The translations under genes and the position numbers were made by a program. Positions 30,831 through 40,516 of a stretch of 64,000 nt of DNA are shown piece by piece. Source of the DNA: a virus. How positions within the stretch are numbered: position 1 is the first letter of the stretch; each line of letters starts with the position of its first letter. Below the pieces are notes generated by a model. It worked only from the letters and a program-made list of their open reading frames with translations. It searched no databases and was not told the DNA's origin. The stretch covers positions 23,224 to 87,223 of IMG/VR virus record IMGVR_UViG_3300032103_000260. One strand, 5' to 3'.

Positions 30831-31361
30831 TTAAGAAATATATTGTGGTAAAACAAATTTTTTAACAAATTCTGGTTTATCCCCTTTATTCCAAAACCAC
30901 CAATTCCAGAACATTTTCCAATTATTTTGATTTTTTATTATATCAAAATCAACTATCGTTTTGATTGAAATTAATTCCTTTGGTATATTATCGTATGTAT
31001 ATACACCGCTTTCTTTCACAGAATAAGGGTCTTTATATAAATCCAAATTATTTGAATTAATTTCCAATATTATCCAATCTATTTTAATGTTTTTTGTTTT
31101 TGATAAGTTTTTACTTAATAATACTGCTCCATAAATGTCTGGTGTTAAATATATAGCATTGGGTTCATCATTAGTTGGTTTATTTGCAATTAAACCATTT
31201 GATAATATGATTTTTGCGTTCTCATATGATGTAGTGTGATAAACTTTATTGTAATTTACTTTCTTCTCATCATGTTCATATCCAGCCATTTTATATCGTA
31301 AATTATCTTGTTCATTCAAATATTCACGTATAGTAGTTGCTATAAATTTTCTTAGTTCCAT
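30831..31361 (-). CDS. ADP-ribosyltransferase-fold protein (cassette 12)
   Basis: VYHTTS..AKIILSNGL, AIYLT, IILEI, NIP.ELI; same 17-aa leader as 15208-15788. Confidence 0.65.
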   Translation of the reverse strand: MELRKFIATTIREYLNEQDNLRYKMAGYEHDEKKVNYNKVYHTTSYENAKIILSNGLIANKPTNDEPNAIYLTPDIYGAVLLSKNLSKTKNIKIDWIILEINSNNLDLYKDPYSVKESGVYTYDNIPKELISIKTIVDFDIIKNQNNWKMFWNWWFWNKGDKPEFVKKFVLPQYIS

Positions 31362-31438
31362 ATTCTTAAATAGTTTTACTTTTTATATATTAACAACAAA
31401 AAATAAAAAACACAATATTTATTCATTTTTTAATAAAA

Positions 31439-32230
31439 TTACTCATATAAATTATTTTTTTCTTCCAATCTTTTTAATGCAATTTCATAATGATTTTTTA
31501 CTAATTCACTACCAATATAATTACATTCATTTTCGATACAACTTAATTGAGTTGTTCCTATTCCTGTGAATGGTTCGTATATTAAGCTACCTTTCGGAAA
31601 GTAAATATTTATCAATTGATTTACCAAATCCTGTGAAAATGATGCTTTTAATTGACATTGGTACCCATCGTTATTCTTTGCCTCAATGTAATTCACATAG
31701 TTTTTGTAAAACTTTTGACCAGTCTTTTTATTTACTTTACTTACTTTCTTATTTGTTTTGAAACTATGTAAATACTCTTTCTTTACAAAAACATAAATCA
31801 GTTCTGTTATTCTACTCAGTTTAGTTGGAGATGTTTGGAATGGTATTGCATTTGGTTTTTTCCAGCAAATTATATCAGCAATAGTTAAATTAGTTTCATT
31901 ATGAATTTTTGCAACCAATAAAGTTGGTAATATTGGATTTTCTTTTGCGTATGAAATGTTGTAGCAAATCACACCCGTATCCTTAATAACTCTTGAAAAT
32001 TCTTTAAATTCAACAGTTCTTACTTCAAGATATTCATTTTCACTTAGTTCGTCCAATTCAGAATAACCGTTTTTATAATAACAATCACTTCTTTCTGTAT
32101 TGATATTATATGGTGGTGATGTTATTATACCATCAACAGATTTATCTTGAAGTCTTTTTAATGTAATCTTACAATCTTCGTTATAAATTATATTTTGTTC
32201 CATTATACAATTATCAGTTCTCACATACAC
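31439..32230 (-). CDS. Orphan beta-class DNA methyltransferase
   Basis: TSPPY, ASFS, YEPFTGIGTT. Confidence 0.85.
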   Translation of the reverse strand: MYVRTDNCIMEQNIIYNEDCKITLKRLQDKSVDGIITSPPYNINTERSDCYYKNGYSELDELSENEYLEVRTVEFKEFSRVIKDTGVICYNISYAKENPILPTLLVAKIHNETNLTIADIICWKKPNAIPFQTSPTKLSRITELIYVFVKKEYLHSFKTNKKVSKVNKKTGQKFYKNYVNYIEAKNNDGYQCQLKASFSQDLVNQLINIYFPKGSLIYEPFTGIGTTQLSCIENECNYIGSELVKNHYEIALKRLEEKNNLYE

Positions 32231-32322
32231 AAAAAGTTACATTGATTAAAATGTTTTTAAATCACTCTTTTGGGGTTTTTAAGTTTGGTTTAAAACCGAA
32301 TATATATTCTATACAGTTATCA

Positions 32323-32673
32323 TCATTTTTTTAGAAACAACTCCCGAAAGTATTGCTCCCAAGTAATACCGCAAAGTCGTTGATACTCTTTTGCTGAGTC
32401 AATTAACTCGTCTTTAGAGTAACCACTTGCAACAACAAACTCTTGAACATAATCAAAATCTATCCTTTGATTATCTTGATTTACCCATACAGTTTCATCG
32501 TCTTTTGTGTTTCGATTAAATCCTATGATCAAATACATTTTATCACATGGCTTTGAAATTCTTGCAGTATCACATTTGACATAGTTTATACACTTTTTTG
32601 CAATTTCATCCAACAAAGAATTCCTACTAAAAACACGTTTTTTTAATTGGTTAATTTTGTTTTTTTTTGACAT
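32323..32673 (-). CDS. Hypothetical protein
   Basis: 116-aa ORF. Confidence 0.6.
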   Translation of the reverse strand: MSKKNKINQLKKRVFSRNSLLDEIAKKCINYVKCDTARISKPCDKMYLIIGFNRNTKDDETVWVNQDNQRIDFDYVQEFVVASGYSKDELIDSAKEYQRLCGITWEQYFRELFLKK

Positions 32674-32813
32674 TTATTTAAATTTAACGTCGATATTTTT
32701 ATGTAAAATTTCTTTCTTTTCTTTAAAACAACTCCAACACAAATCATTTGGCATTCCAAAAATTTTTAAATTAATTTTTTCTATACATAATTTACACTTC
32801 ATATCTATGGGTT

Positions 32814-33017
32814 TTACTTTTTATAAAATTTTAATTTCATACTTGCATTTAGAATTTTATGAAATTTCACACTATTAAACAATTCTTTTTTATTTATATA
32901 AAGTGTACCATATTTAGAATAAACAGTACTTTTATATAATGGATATTCTGTTCCATTTAACGTATACTTTCGTTTTGATTGATGTAAACATCCGATTTTG
33001 CGTAAATATTTAATCAA
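32814..33017 (-). CDS. Hypothetical protein
   Basis: 67-aa ORF in operon. Confidence 0.45.
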   Translation of the reverse strand: MIKYLRKIGCLHQSKRKYTLNGTEYPLYKSTVYSKYGTLYINKKELFNSVKFHKILNASMKLKFYKK

Positions 33018-33067
33018 TTTTGAAATAATTTAATGTTTTTTTTCATAGTTATTAATAATTTTAAAAA

Positions 33068-34123
33068 TTAATTATTATCATCATTAAAAAATGGTTTTGA
33101 ATATTCTGGTTTAATTATTTTCCAAATCATATGAGCAAACGGTTTACCTTCAAACATGTTAAATAAAATTGCTGAGTGAGATTCTTTTAAAGCATATTCA
33201 GCAAAATCTTTTTTTGACATATCATCACGATATATCTTTAAAAAAATATTATCAATATGAGTTTCCATTTCAATAAATTTATTGGTTAGTAGTTTTACTT
33301 GTTCTCTAACCCATTCATCAAATTCATCAGGTGTACGATCAAGTAATTCATTAATATCTTTACCATCACGTAAAAATTCCCATATATCTTTTGTTGATAC
33401 GTTGGTGATAATTGAATGTAAACGACAATAATCTTCAAACTTTACTTTCATACGAAAACCATTCTCATATCTTAACACGTAACCTTCTTGATTTGTAATG
33501 TTACGTGCCTTTAATTCCTTAATATCGTTAACACCATCATAGTGATTAACCAATGAAAAATCAATTTCGCGTATACCAGCATGATATTTCATAACAGCAT
33601 ATGGCATATCATATCCTGTTTCAACATCAACAACAGCTAATAATACCAGCTTTTCTTCACCATTGTAATCCACGACAATACGGTTTTCAGGATAGATTAT
33701 TTCTACCAAATAAGTCATTTCAGGATTTAAACCTTCAATGTTATAGTTATTTAGCATTGATCTACCTTTGATAGCCTGATCAGATACAAAAGAACCTCTT
33801 GTAGCTACATGCCATTCATCAGCATAGTTAAAAATAATACCCAATGAACCATCCATCTTGTCATAGACTTCAAAGTTGGTGTTTGGTATTTCTTCTGGCT
33901 TATGTTCTTCATAGTTAAAAAACTTAACAAATGGTCTTGCAACAATGTTGTATTTATCATCTATAACCATACCACGACACATCAAGGTATACTCGTTCCA
34001 TAACTTTTCAAACTGAGCCTTACGAGAATAATTTAATATCCTCAATGGCAAAGTTGGATGTTGGTTTACAAGTATGTATCCATTCTCAATTAATTGGTCT
34101 AATATAGTTCTATTTAATTTCAT
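33068..34123 (-). CDS. RNA ligase, T4 Rnl1-like
   Basis: CRG, KFFN, YDKMDGSLGI (motif I), EGYVL, MKVK. Confidence 0.9.
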   Translation of the reverse strand: MKLNRTILDQLIENGYILVNQHPTLPLRILNYSRKAQFEKLWNEYTLMCRGMVIDDKYNIVARPFVKFFNYEEHKPEEIPNTNFEVYDKMDGSLGIIFNYADEWHVATRGSFVSDQAIKGRSMLNNYNIEGLNPEMTYLVEIIYPENRIVVDYNGEEKLVLLAVVDVETGYDMPYAVMKYHAGIREIDFSLVNHYDGVNDIKELKARNITNQEGYVLRYENGFRMKVKFEDYCRLHSIITNVSTKDIWEFLRDGKDINELLDRTPDEFDEWVREQVKLLTNKFIEMETHIDNIFLKIYRDDMSKKDFAEYALKESHSAILFNMFEGKPFAHMIWKIIKPEYSKPFFNDDNN

Positions 34124-34428
34124 TTTTTATTCTATTAATCTTTCCATTTTTTCCTCAAATTTAGCAATTCTTTCAAATCTTTTTGCTTGAAAGTTTTTAC
34201 CCGCAGTCCTTATAGATGCACCTGTTGCAACAATATCAGCTTCAAGATTGTATGCTACAAATCTTTTGTTTTTTTGTCGTATGCTATTTCAATAATCAAA
34301 TTACTCATTTCAATTTTGATTTAATTTCTTTAATTTTTAAAAATACCTTTCCTTACTATGTTGAGTTAACCAAAATTTCATATTGACACAGTTTTAAATT
34401 ATATTATACGAAAACGTGCTTGATTTGG

Positions 34429-35169
34429 TTATTCCAAATCAAGCACATAGAAATAATCATCTAAACGGATATTTTCAAGGGTTTTTATTGATTCTAATCT
34501 ATGAAGTGTATCAATATACTTAATTGAACCCTTTTCAACCCCAAATTTAGTAATTAATTCGATTGGTGTGTGACCAACAATTTGATGATATCCTTCAAAG
34601 GGATTCAATGATGTTTCATAACGATCAGCCCAAGTAATTCCACCTGCTGGATGATAACCTCCACGTTTTATACCAACTTGGTGAAGTATAGTATTTTCTT
34701 TAGTATACATCATTTTGTTAAATGCATCCGCAAGATTTTCACATTCAAATTTTTCAATAAAGTCATTAATTACTTTCTTATTATAATCATACCATTTATC
34801 GGCAATACCAGCATGTGTCCAGATATAATCATTAATCTGGAATGCCATCTGGAATAATCTTTTATTATCCTTAAAAACATGTTTTAAAGTTGCTGCCATA
34901 GAAGGACGAAAACCACTACATCCAAATCCTTCATCAAGGAACATATATTGAATATCATGATTACCCAATAAAAGAACAACCTTATCAGGATAAGTTTTCT
35001 TTAATTCGATAATATCAAGAAGATTACCTAATATCTGCACATCATTATATGGAAATGAATCTACATAATCACCAACAAATATGATATAATCATATTGATT
35101 TATATCAATAAGTTTCCAAAATGTTCTTCCATGAATATCCCCACAGCTTAAAATTCTATATTTTTTCAT
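34429..35169 (-). CDS. Calcineurin-like metallophosphoesterase
   Basis: GDIHG, GDYVD, GNHD, THAGI, GHT. Confidence 0.9.
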   Translation of the reverse strand: MKKYRILSCGDIHGRTFWKLIDINQYDYIIFVGDYVDSFPYNDVQILGNLLDIIELKKTYPDKVVLLLGNHDIQYMFLDEGFGCSGFRPSMAATLKHVFKDNKRLFQMAFQINDYIWTHAGIADKWYDYNKKVINDFIEKFECENLADAFNKMMYTKENTILHQVGIKRGGYHPAGGITWADRYETSLNPFEGYHQIVGHTPIELITKFGVEKGSIKYIDTLHRLESIKTLENIRLDDYFYVLDLE

Positions 35170-35395
35170 TTTAAATAAATTTTTTATTTACTTTAGGTAA
35201 TTCAACTATTCCAAAACCAAAATCTAAATCAGGTTTTATTTTTTCTTTATGAAATTTGTCTTTAAACTCAAATTTTAACAATAATCCAAGATAATACATA
35301 CTGTGTCTTCATTATATGCAAATTTAATAAAAATAATCTAAAAAAAAGTATGGAATTACCCATACTTTTCAACACATAAAACACCAAATAAAAAA

Positions 35396-36226
35396 TTATG
35401 GTTTTACCTCATCATCAGATATATCTGTTGATGTTGTTGTACCATTACCACTAGTTGTTATTGATTGACTATTAGATACACCATCTAATTTAATACCATC
35501 AATGTGACTAATATTAGATGTTACATAAGTCATGATGTTATCATTAATTGCATTATATGCTGCACTACCAACAGTTGCGCTTCTATACAATTTAGTTGCA
35601 TTGCTAATGTTAGTGTAAAGAGTTGCATTACCATCAGATGTATTAATGAAATGGAATGTATTACCAAAACTAATACCCATACTATTTGCTCTTGTTGCAG
35701 CATCTTCAGTTGAACATAAGAAGATAAATTGCCAATCTTTTTTCTTCATATCACTGATAATGCCTTTAATTTGATTTTGATTATACTCATGAGATGCATT
35801 TTCTTCGCCATCAGTTACAATCAAAACAAGAACCTTATCAGGTTTTTCAGAACTTGTCATTTTATTAAACTCTTCTTTTGTTCTTGCAATAGTTCTACCA
35901 ATTGCATCATACAAAGCAGTACTACCTCTCGGTACAAAAGTTTTATCATTCAATTCCTGTACATCTTTTAAAGGAATTGTTTTCCCATCATACAATGGAG
36001 TATATTCATTGTCAAATAAGGTTACACTCATTGTTGCTTCACCTTCAGTTTCTTTTTGATCTTTTAAAAATTTGTTAAAACCACCTATCGCATCTTGTGC
36101 AACAGAACTCATTGATCCCGATCTATCAAGGATACATATGATATGGGTTTTGTTTGATTGATTTTCAACAATTTCTTCGGTAATTGTTGTTGTGACCGTT
36201 TTTGTTACTTTCTTTTTAGACATCAC
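35396..36226 (-). CDS. vWA-domain protein
   Basis: LDRSGS MIDAS motif, TALYDAIG, VTDGEEN. Confidence 0.85.
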   Translation of the reverse strand: MMSKKKVTKTVTTTITEEIVENQSNKTHIICILDRSGSMSSVAQDAIGGFNKFLKDQKETEGEATMSVTLFDNEYTPLYDGKTIPLKDVQELNDKTFVPRGSTALYDAIGRTIARTKEEFNKMTSSEKPDKVLVLIVTDGEENASHEYNQNQIKGIISDMKKKDWQFIFLCSTEDAATRANSMGISFGNTFHFINTSDGNATLYTNISNATKLYRSATVGSAAYNAINDNIMTYVTSNISHIDGIKLDGVSNSQSITTSGNGTTTSTDISDDEVKP

Positions 36227-36319
36227 TTTAATTGATTTAAAAATAAGATTATTATTAAGCTATAAAAATAGCTCATAATAAAACCTTTGTCAAGTGATTT
36301 ATGTAATTTTAATTAAAAA

Positions 36320-37051
36320 TTAGTCATCGTTAATTGAGTACTGTATTATCTCCCATCCATTGACATCACTATAAACCAATGCGGTCATTGATTCAACCCA
36401 ATCACCAGAATTATAATACATTATTTATTTTATTTTCTTTATTTCTGCATGGTGAATATGACCACAAATAATACCATCATACCCTTTTGAATTCGCTAAA
36501 TCAGCTAAGTTATTTTCAAAATCAGATATATAGTTTACTGCTTTTTTTACTTTTACCTTTATCTCTTTAGAGAAGGAATAGTATGGTTTATTCTGTAACC
36601 TTCTGATTCTATTTGCTAATTTATTAATCTTTATTAAGATTGTATATCCAATATCTCCAATTTGAGCAATCCACTTTAGTTCTTTAGTAATCTTATCAAA
36701 GATATCACCATGAATAATGTAATAACTTTTGTCACCGATTTTAATATCGTACTGATCTGTAACTGTAATATCACCTAACATTATTGGTATTACATGATCT
36801 AAAAAATCGTCATGATTACCTCTTAAGTATGTGATTTTTTTTGATTTCGATATTTTAAGAAAATATTTTAATAAATCAATTTCTTTTTTCCTTAATATAC
36901 CACCTCTTTTAATTTTCCAACCATCAATAATATCACCATTAAGAATTAATTCATCATATGAAATTGATTTAAGAAATTTTTCAACTTTTTTGGGATTTGA
37001 ATCAGTCGATCCTAAATGAATGTCTGATAGAATCACATATTTGTAATGCAT
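36320..37051 (-). pseudogene. LpxH-like metallophosphoesterase with an internal TAA
   Basis: SDIHLG, NGDIIDG, GNHD, HGD, GHIH; after the TAA at 36425-36427 the frame continues IMYYNSGDWVESMTAL. Confidence 0.7.
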
Positions 37052-37075
37052 TTAATTATATTTACCTAAATAAAT

Positions 37076-37151
37076 ACTTAAATAATTTATGTCTAATTTT
37101 AAGTATTTATTAACTTAAATAATTTATGTCTAATTTTAAGTATTTATTAAC
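37076..37151. repeat. 37-bp tandem duplication containing the late-promoter motif
   Basis: (ACTTAAATAATTTATGTCTAATTTTAAGTATTTATTA)x2. Confidence 0.9.
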
Positions 37152-37811
37152 ATGAACAAAAGATTAGTCGATATTTTCCAAAAAGTTAACAAAGTTAAAA
37201 TTAGTGAAAATGCTACAATTTTAAAGGAAAATGATGATTATATATATGATTATTTTGAAAAAAAAGACAATATAATGCGTGAAACTATTCGTGAATATAT
37301 GACATCAAAAGCAGGTGATCGTCAACCTTGGAAATTAATACCATTCGGAAGATTAAAAAAGATTTGGGAAGATACTGCTAAATTTGGTTTTGTTCGTGAT
37401 GAGAAAGGATTAGATATGATTGAAGATATCCTTGAAGAGAATATCATAAAGATTGATGTAAATAATGAAATTCTTGGTCATGCTCAATACTTACCAATAG
37501 ATGAATTAGAAGATGAAGGTTATAGTGAGAAACAATTAAAGAAAAAATATAACATGGATGGTGATGTTTATTTTGATGCACCAAATGGTCAATTAAGAAT
37601 TTCAGATTATGGACTTCAACCACTTCAAAAACATTTGATAAGTTTAAAAAAACAAACTGATCCAGTAAAAAAAATTATGTACATGGATATGATCTTAAAT
37701 GTTGTCCATCAAAGATCAGATTTGGCATCTTGGTTTGTTGAAGGTGGAAGTTCTGCATTAAGTCAATTATCTGGAACAGATGATAGACCAATATCGAACA
37801 ATTTGCTATAG
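37152..37811 (+). CDS. Hypothetical late protein
   Basis: 219-aa ORF after the AGTATTTAT motif. Confidence 0.7.
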   Translation: MNKRLVDIFQKVNKVKISENATILKENDDYIYDYFEKKDNIMRETIREYMTSKAGDRQPWKLIPFGRLKKIWEDTAKFGFVRDEKGLDMIEDILEENIIKIDVNNEILGHAQYLPIDELEDEGYSEKQLKKKYNMDGDVYFDAPNGQLRISDYGLQPLQKHLISLKKQTDPVKKIMYMDMILNVVHQRSDLASWFVEGGSSALSQLSGTDDRPISNNLL

Positions 37812-37849
37812 ACACTTTACAATTTACAGTCAATAGTAAAATGTCTAAT

Positions 37850-37933
37850 TGTACCCCAAGTAGGACTCAAACCTACACGTCTTTCGACACTTGCTTTTGA
37901 GACAAGCATGACTACCAGTTCCATCATTGGGGC
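37850..37933 (-). tRNA. tRNA-Leu(CAA)
   Basis: cttgt-CT CAA AA-gcaag, long variable arm. Confidence 0.85.
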
Positions 37934-38106
37934 ATATTTCTATACCTTTCACGTGCCATTTTTAATGCTAAATCATTTTCTTCTTTTTCTTTTTGAGTTA
38001 ACTCAATTGGAAATATCACTGATTCAGCAATTTCTTCATTAGTTAATGATGATATGCTTGGATAGTGTTTATCTATCCAATCTCTAAATTCTTTATTATC
38101 ATCCAT
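37924..38106 (-). CDS. Hypothetical protein
   Basis: 60-aa ORF within the tRNA region. Confidence 0.5.
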   Translation of the reverse strand: MDDNKEFRDWIDKHYPSISSLTNEEIAESVIFPIELTQKEKEENDLALKMARERYRNMPQ

Positions 38107-38107
38107 T

Positions 38108-38338
38108 TTATCGAACTAAGCTGCTTAGCCATTTAACAATAGGTAAAATACCATATCTAATAACCAATATGGTAAAAGCCACCATAAATATGTCAGTAAA
38201 TAACTTACCAACAAACGATAAATCTGATAGTGATGATGCGTTATGCATTATTGAATCAATATATGCAATACCAAAACAAATACCACATACAAGAAGCATT
38301 TTAAATGGATTTGTAATAAATTTAAGTACTTTATTCAT
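38108..38338 (-). CDS. Small membrane protein
   Basis: Two hydrophobic segments; late motif at 38355. Confidence 0.55.
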   Translation of the reverse strand: MNKVLKFITNPFKMLLVCGICFGIAYIDSIMHNASSLSDLSFVGKLFTDIFMVAFTILVIRYGILPIVKWLSSLVR

Positions 38339-38371
38339 AGGATTATAATTTCCTATAAATACTCAGTCACT

Positions 38372-38724
38372 TTAAATTTTAACAAATTGACCATTTTCAA
38401 TAGCTTTCCTAATCCAACGCATATACATAATCGCTTTATCAGTAGCCAATAATGTTGCTTGGCCAATATCTTCTCTATCTATTGGAAATTGATAAATTAT
38501 ATTATTAACCTTTACTATATAGTGAAAAAATCCTGTTCTATATGAATTAAAATGAACAAAATTGTTCTTTACAATATCTTTCAATTTCAATCCAGCAAGT
38601 TCTTTTCGTAAAGATTCAATTTTTCTTTGCTGCTCACCTACATTGATCTTTCTTGTATTCGATGTTTTCTTTGTTAGTACATCAATCAATTCTGTTTCAT
38701 TTTTTTCTTTTCAATCTTTCCCAT
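38372..38724 (-). CDS. Hypothetical phage protein (probable 1-nt deletion in an A run near 38700)
   Basis: MGKIEKKK(N)ETELIDV... joins ORF 38372-38689 if one A is added. Confidence 0.55.
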
Positions 38725-38745
38725 AGTTAATACTTACTTAATTTA

Positions 38746-38829
38746 AGTACCTCAGAAGGGAGTCGAACCCTTACGCTCTACGAGCAACAGATTTTAAGTC
38801 TGTCTTGTCTACCGTTCCAACACTGAGAC
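38746..38829 (-). tRNA. tRNA-Leu(TAA)
   Basis: acaga-CT TAA AA-tctgt, TTCGA T-loop. Confidence 0.85.
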
Positions 38830-38837
38830 ATATTTAA

Positions 38838-38929
38838 TGTACTCCGTGTCGGATTCGAACCGACAGTGTTCACCACATAGGGTCACAGATTTTAAGTCTG
38901 TGGCGTTTCGCCAATTTCGCCAACGGAGC
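38838..38929 (-). tRNA. tRNA-Leu(TAA), second copy
   Basis: acaga-CT TAA AA-tctgt, long variable arm. Confidence 0.85.
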
Positions 38930-39069
38930 ATATTGTTAATACTCCGCTACATAATCGTTCACTATAGATGTTTTGTTTTCTCATTTTTTATTATTTACAA
39001 AGATAAACATATTTTTTGTAATTACAAATTGATTATCTTTTTACTTCTAATGTTTTTTCAATTATTTTT

Positions 39070-39144
39070 TGTAGCGACACTTGGAATCGAACCAAGATTA
39101 CCTCTTTATGAGGGAGGCGTACTAAACCATTGTACTATGTCGCC
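39070..39144 (-). tRNA. tRNA-Met/Ile2(CAT)
   Basis: cctcc-CT CAT AA-agagg. Confidence 0.8.
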
Positions 39145-39152
39145 ATATGTTT

Positions 39153-39226
39153 TGCGGTCTATACGGGACTCGAACCCGTTTCTCCAAAGTGACAGTTTGG
39201 AAGCATACCCATAACCCCAATAGACC
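39153..39226 (-). tRNA. tRNA-Asp(GTC)
   Basis: ccaaa-CT GTC AC-tttgg. Confidence 0.85.
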
Positions 39227-39236
39227 TTTTATTTAT

Positions 39237-39307
39237 TGCTAACTATATAAGATTCGAACTTACCCTTTCTGCTCAACGCAGACTATACACCAATACACCT
39301 ATAGCTA
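39237..39307 (-). tRNA. Degenerate tRNA-like gene, possibly Gln(TTG)
   Basis: T arm GTTCGAATC present; the anticodon loop is non-canonical. Confidence 0.4.
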
Positions 39308-39402
39308 AACTTCAACCAATCATGCTGCTACAATCATGTTCAAAGTAACCTTTATTCATACCTACTGTGATAGCAGTCGGTTCAGTACGAATACCAGTTT
39401 TT

Positions 39403-39478
39403 TGCAGTGCGTATGGGATTTGAACCCACGATCTCTTGCGTGACAGGCAAGCATGTTAGACCACTACACCAACGCACT
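39403..39478 (-). tRNA. tRNA-Asp(GTC)
   Basis: cttgc-CT GTC AC-gcaag. Confidence 0.85.
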
Positions 39479-39485
39479 ATTTTTT

Positions 39486-39559
39486 TGCCGTGAATGAGGG
39501 ATTCGAACCCTAACCGCTTGAGTGATAGTCAAGAATGCAGCCATTACACCACACCCACG
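39486..39559 (-). tRNA. tRNA-Asp(ATC)
   Basis: cttga-CT ATC AC-tcaag; G discriminator. Confidence 0.7.
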
Positions 39560-39599
39560 TTTTATAATCGTTGTTTTAGGTACTACGATCAAAACCTTT

Positions 39600-39674
39600 T
39601 GCGGTGAATTAAGGACTCGAACCTCGCCACCCCATGCGCTACAGGGCATGACTGGACAATTACACTAAATCACC
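39600..39674 (-). tRNA. Degenerate tRNA-like gene (8-nt anticodon loop)
   Basis: Acceptor and T arms intact; catgc-CCTGTAGC-gcatg. Confidence 0.45.
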
Positions 39675-39745
39675 ATTTAGAAAATTCATCGAAACTGTTC
39701 GAACTACTTCAACTACATGTTTAAGTTATTCCGATTTTATTTTCT

Positions 39746-39819
39746 TGTGGAACTACAGGGACTTGAACCCTGATCCCTTGAGTGCAAGTCAAGAATTTTA
39801 GCCAATTAAACTATAGCCC
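39746..39819 (-). tRNA. tRNA-Ala(TGC)
   Basis: GGGGCTA acceptor; cttga-CT TGC AC-tcaag. Confidence 0.9.
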
Positions 39820-40240
39820 CATTTTTTTCTTTTCTATTAAGTTGTCAAATTCTAATATTAAAAAATCTAGTAACTTAATATTTCTCATTTCAAATTCATT
39901 TAGTATTTCGTCTTTACTAAATAATCCTTCACTTATTCCAATACTTCATTCTTTAACCCAAAGACCCCAATCTTTTTTTGAAGTGATAACACCTCTTAAA
40001 ATGTTTGGATGTCTTGTTACTATTGTTTCTTTGTTTTTATAAAAACCATTTTCATAATCATTGAAACAATTTTTACCATCACGACCATTCACATCAAACA
40101 CAACCTTTACTTCTGATCCGCAGAATGTAATTAGTTTTGTTCTATACATTCTCAAAAACAATTCAAAATTTCTATTGAATCTTTCTGAGAATTTTCTCTT
40201 GCGTCCAAGCTGTAATTAGTCTTTATAACTTAACCCTCAT
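39820..40240 (-). pseudogene. Hypothetical gene inside the tRNA operon with in-frame TAA and TGA
   Basis: GLSYKD*LQLGRKRKF...WVKE*SIGISEGLF in one frame. Confidence 0.45.
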
Positions 40241-40244
40241 TTTA

Positions 40245-40320
40245 TGTACCCTTGACAGGAATCGAACCTGTGACCTTCGCTTTGTAAGAACGTTGCTCTA
40301 AACCAACTGAGCTACAAGGG
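40245..40320 (-). tRNA. tRNA-Val(TAC)
   Basis: CT TAC AA loop, canonical D and T arms. Confidence 0.85.
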
Positions 40321-40330
40321 TATTTGTTTG

Positions 40331-40406
40331 TATTGCCGATGGGACTCGAACCCACACATTACAACATTGAAAGTGTTGTGCTTTATTCCAATTTAGCTAC
40401 GGCAAC
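40331..40406 (-). tRNA. tRNA-Glu(TTC)
   Basis: caaca-CT TTC AA-tgttg. Confidence 0.75.
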
Positions 40407-40440
40407 ATATTATACTTTAATTCATGTAATTAAAGTTAAG

Positions 40441-40513
40441 GTACTCGGTACGGGAATCGAACCCGTATTGCATGGTTGAAAACCATGTGTCCTAACTGTT
40501 AGACGAACCGAGC
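40441..40513 (-). tRNA. tRNA-Glu(TTC)
   Basis: catgg-TT TTC AA-ccatg. Confidence 0.85.
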
Positions 40514-40516
40514 ATT

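Larger units (their letters stand above)
14179..31400 (-). mobile_element. Integron-like gene-cassette array lacking an integrase in this window (CALIN-like)
   Basis: About 10 AAC...GTT-bounded imperfect hairpins separating same-strand genes; most cassette ends are mutually reverse-complementary. Confidence 0.8.

Noticed and set aside
14179-31400. Insertion sequences, MITEs or an integrase in the array
   Set aside because: No transposase or tyrosine/serine recombinase motifs, no terminal inverted repeats with target duplications; the end-complementarity pattern fits cassettes instead.
13670-38710. Programmed phase variation at homopolymers
   Set aside because: The runs are short (3-7 nt) and all are single-base losses in unrelated genes; decay or sequencing error is simpler.
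38837-39649. ORFs 38837-39214 and 39464-39649
   Set aside because: They overlap tRNA genes and are translation artefacts.
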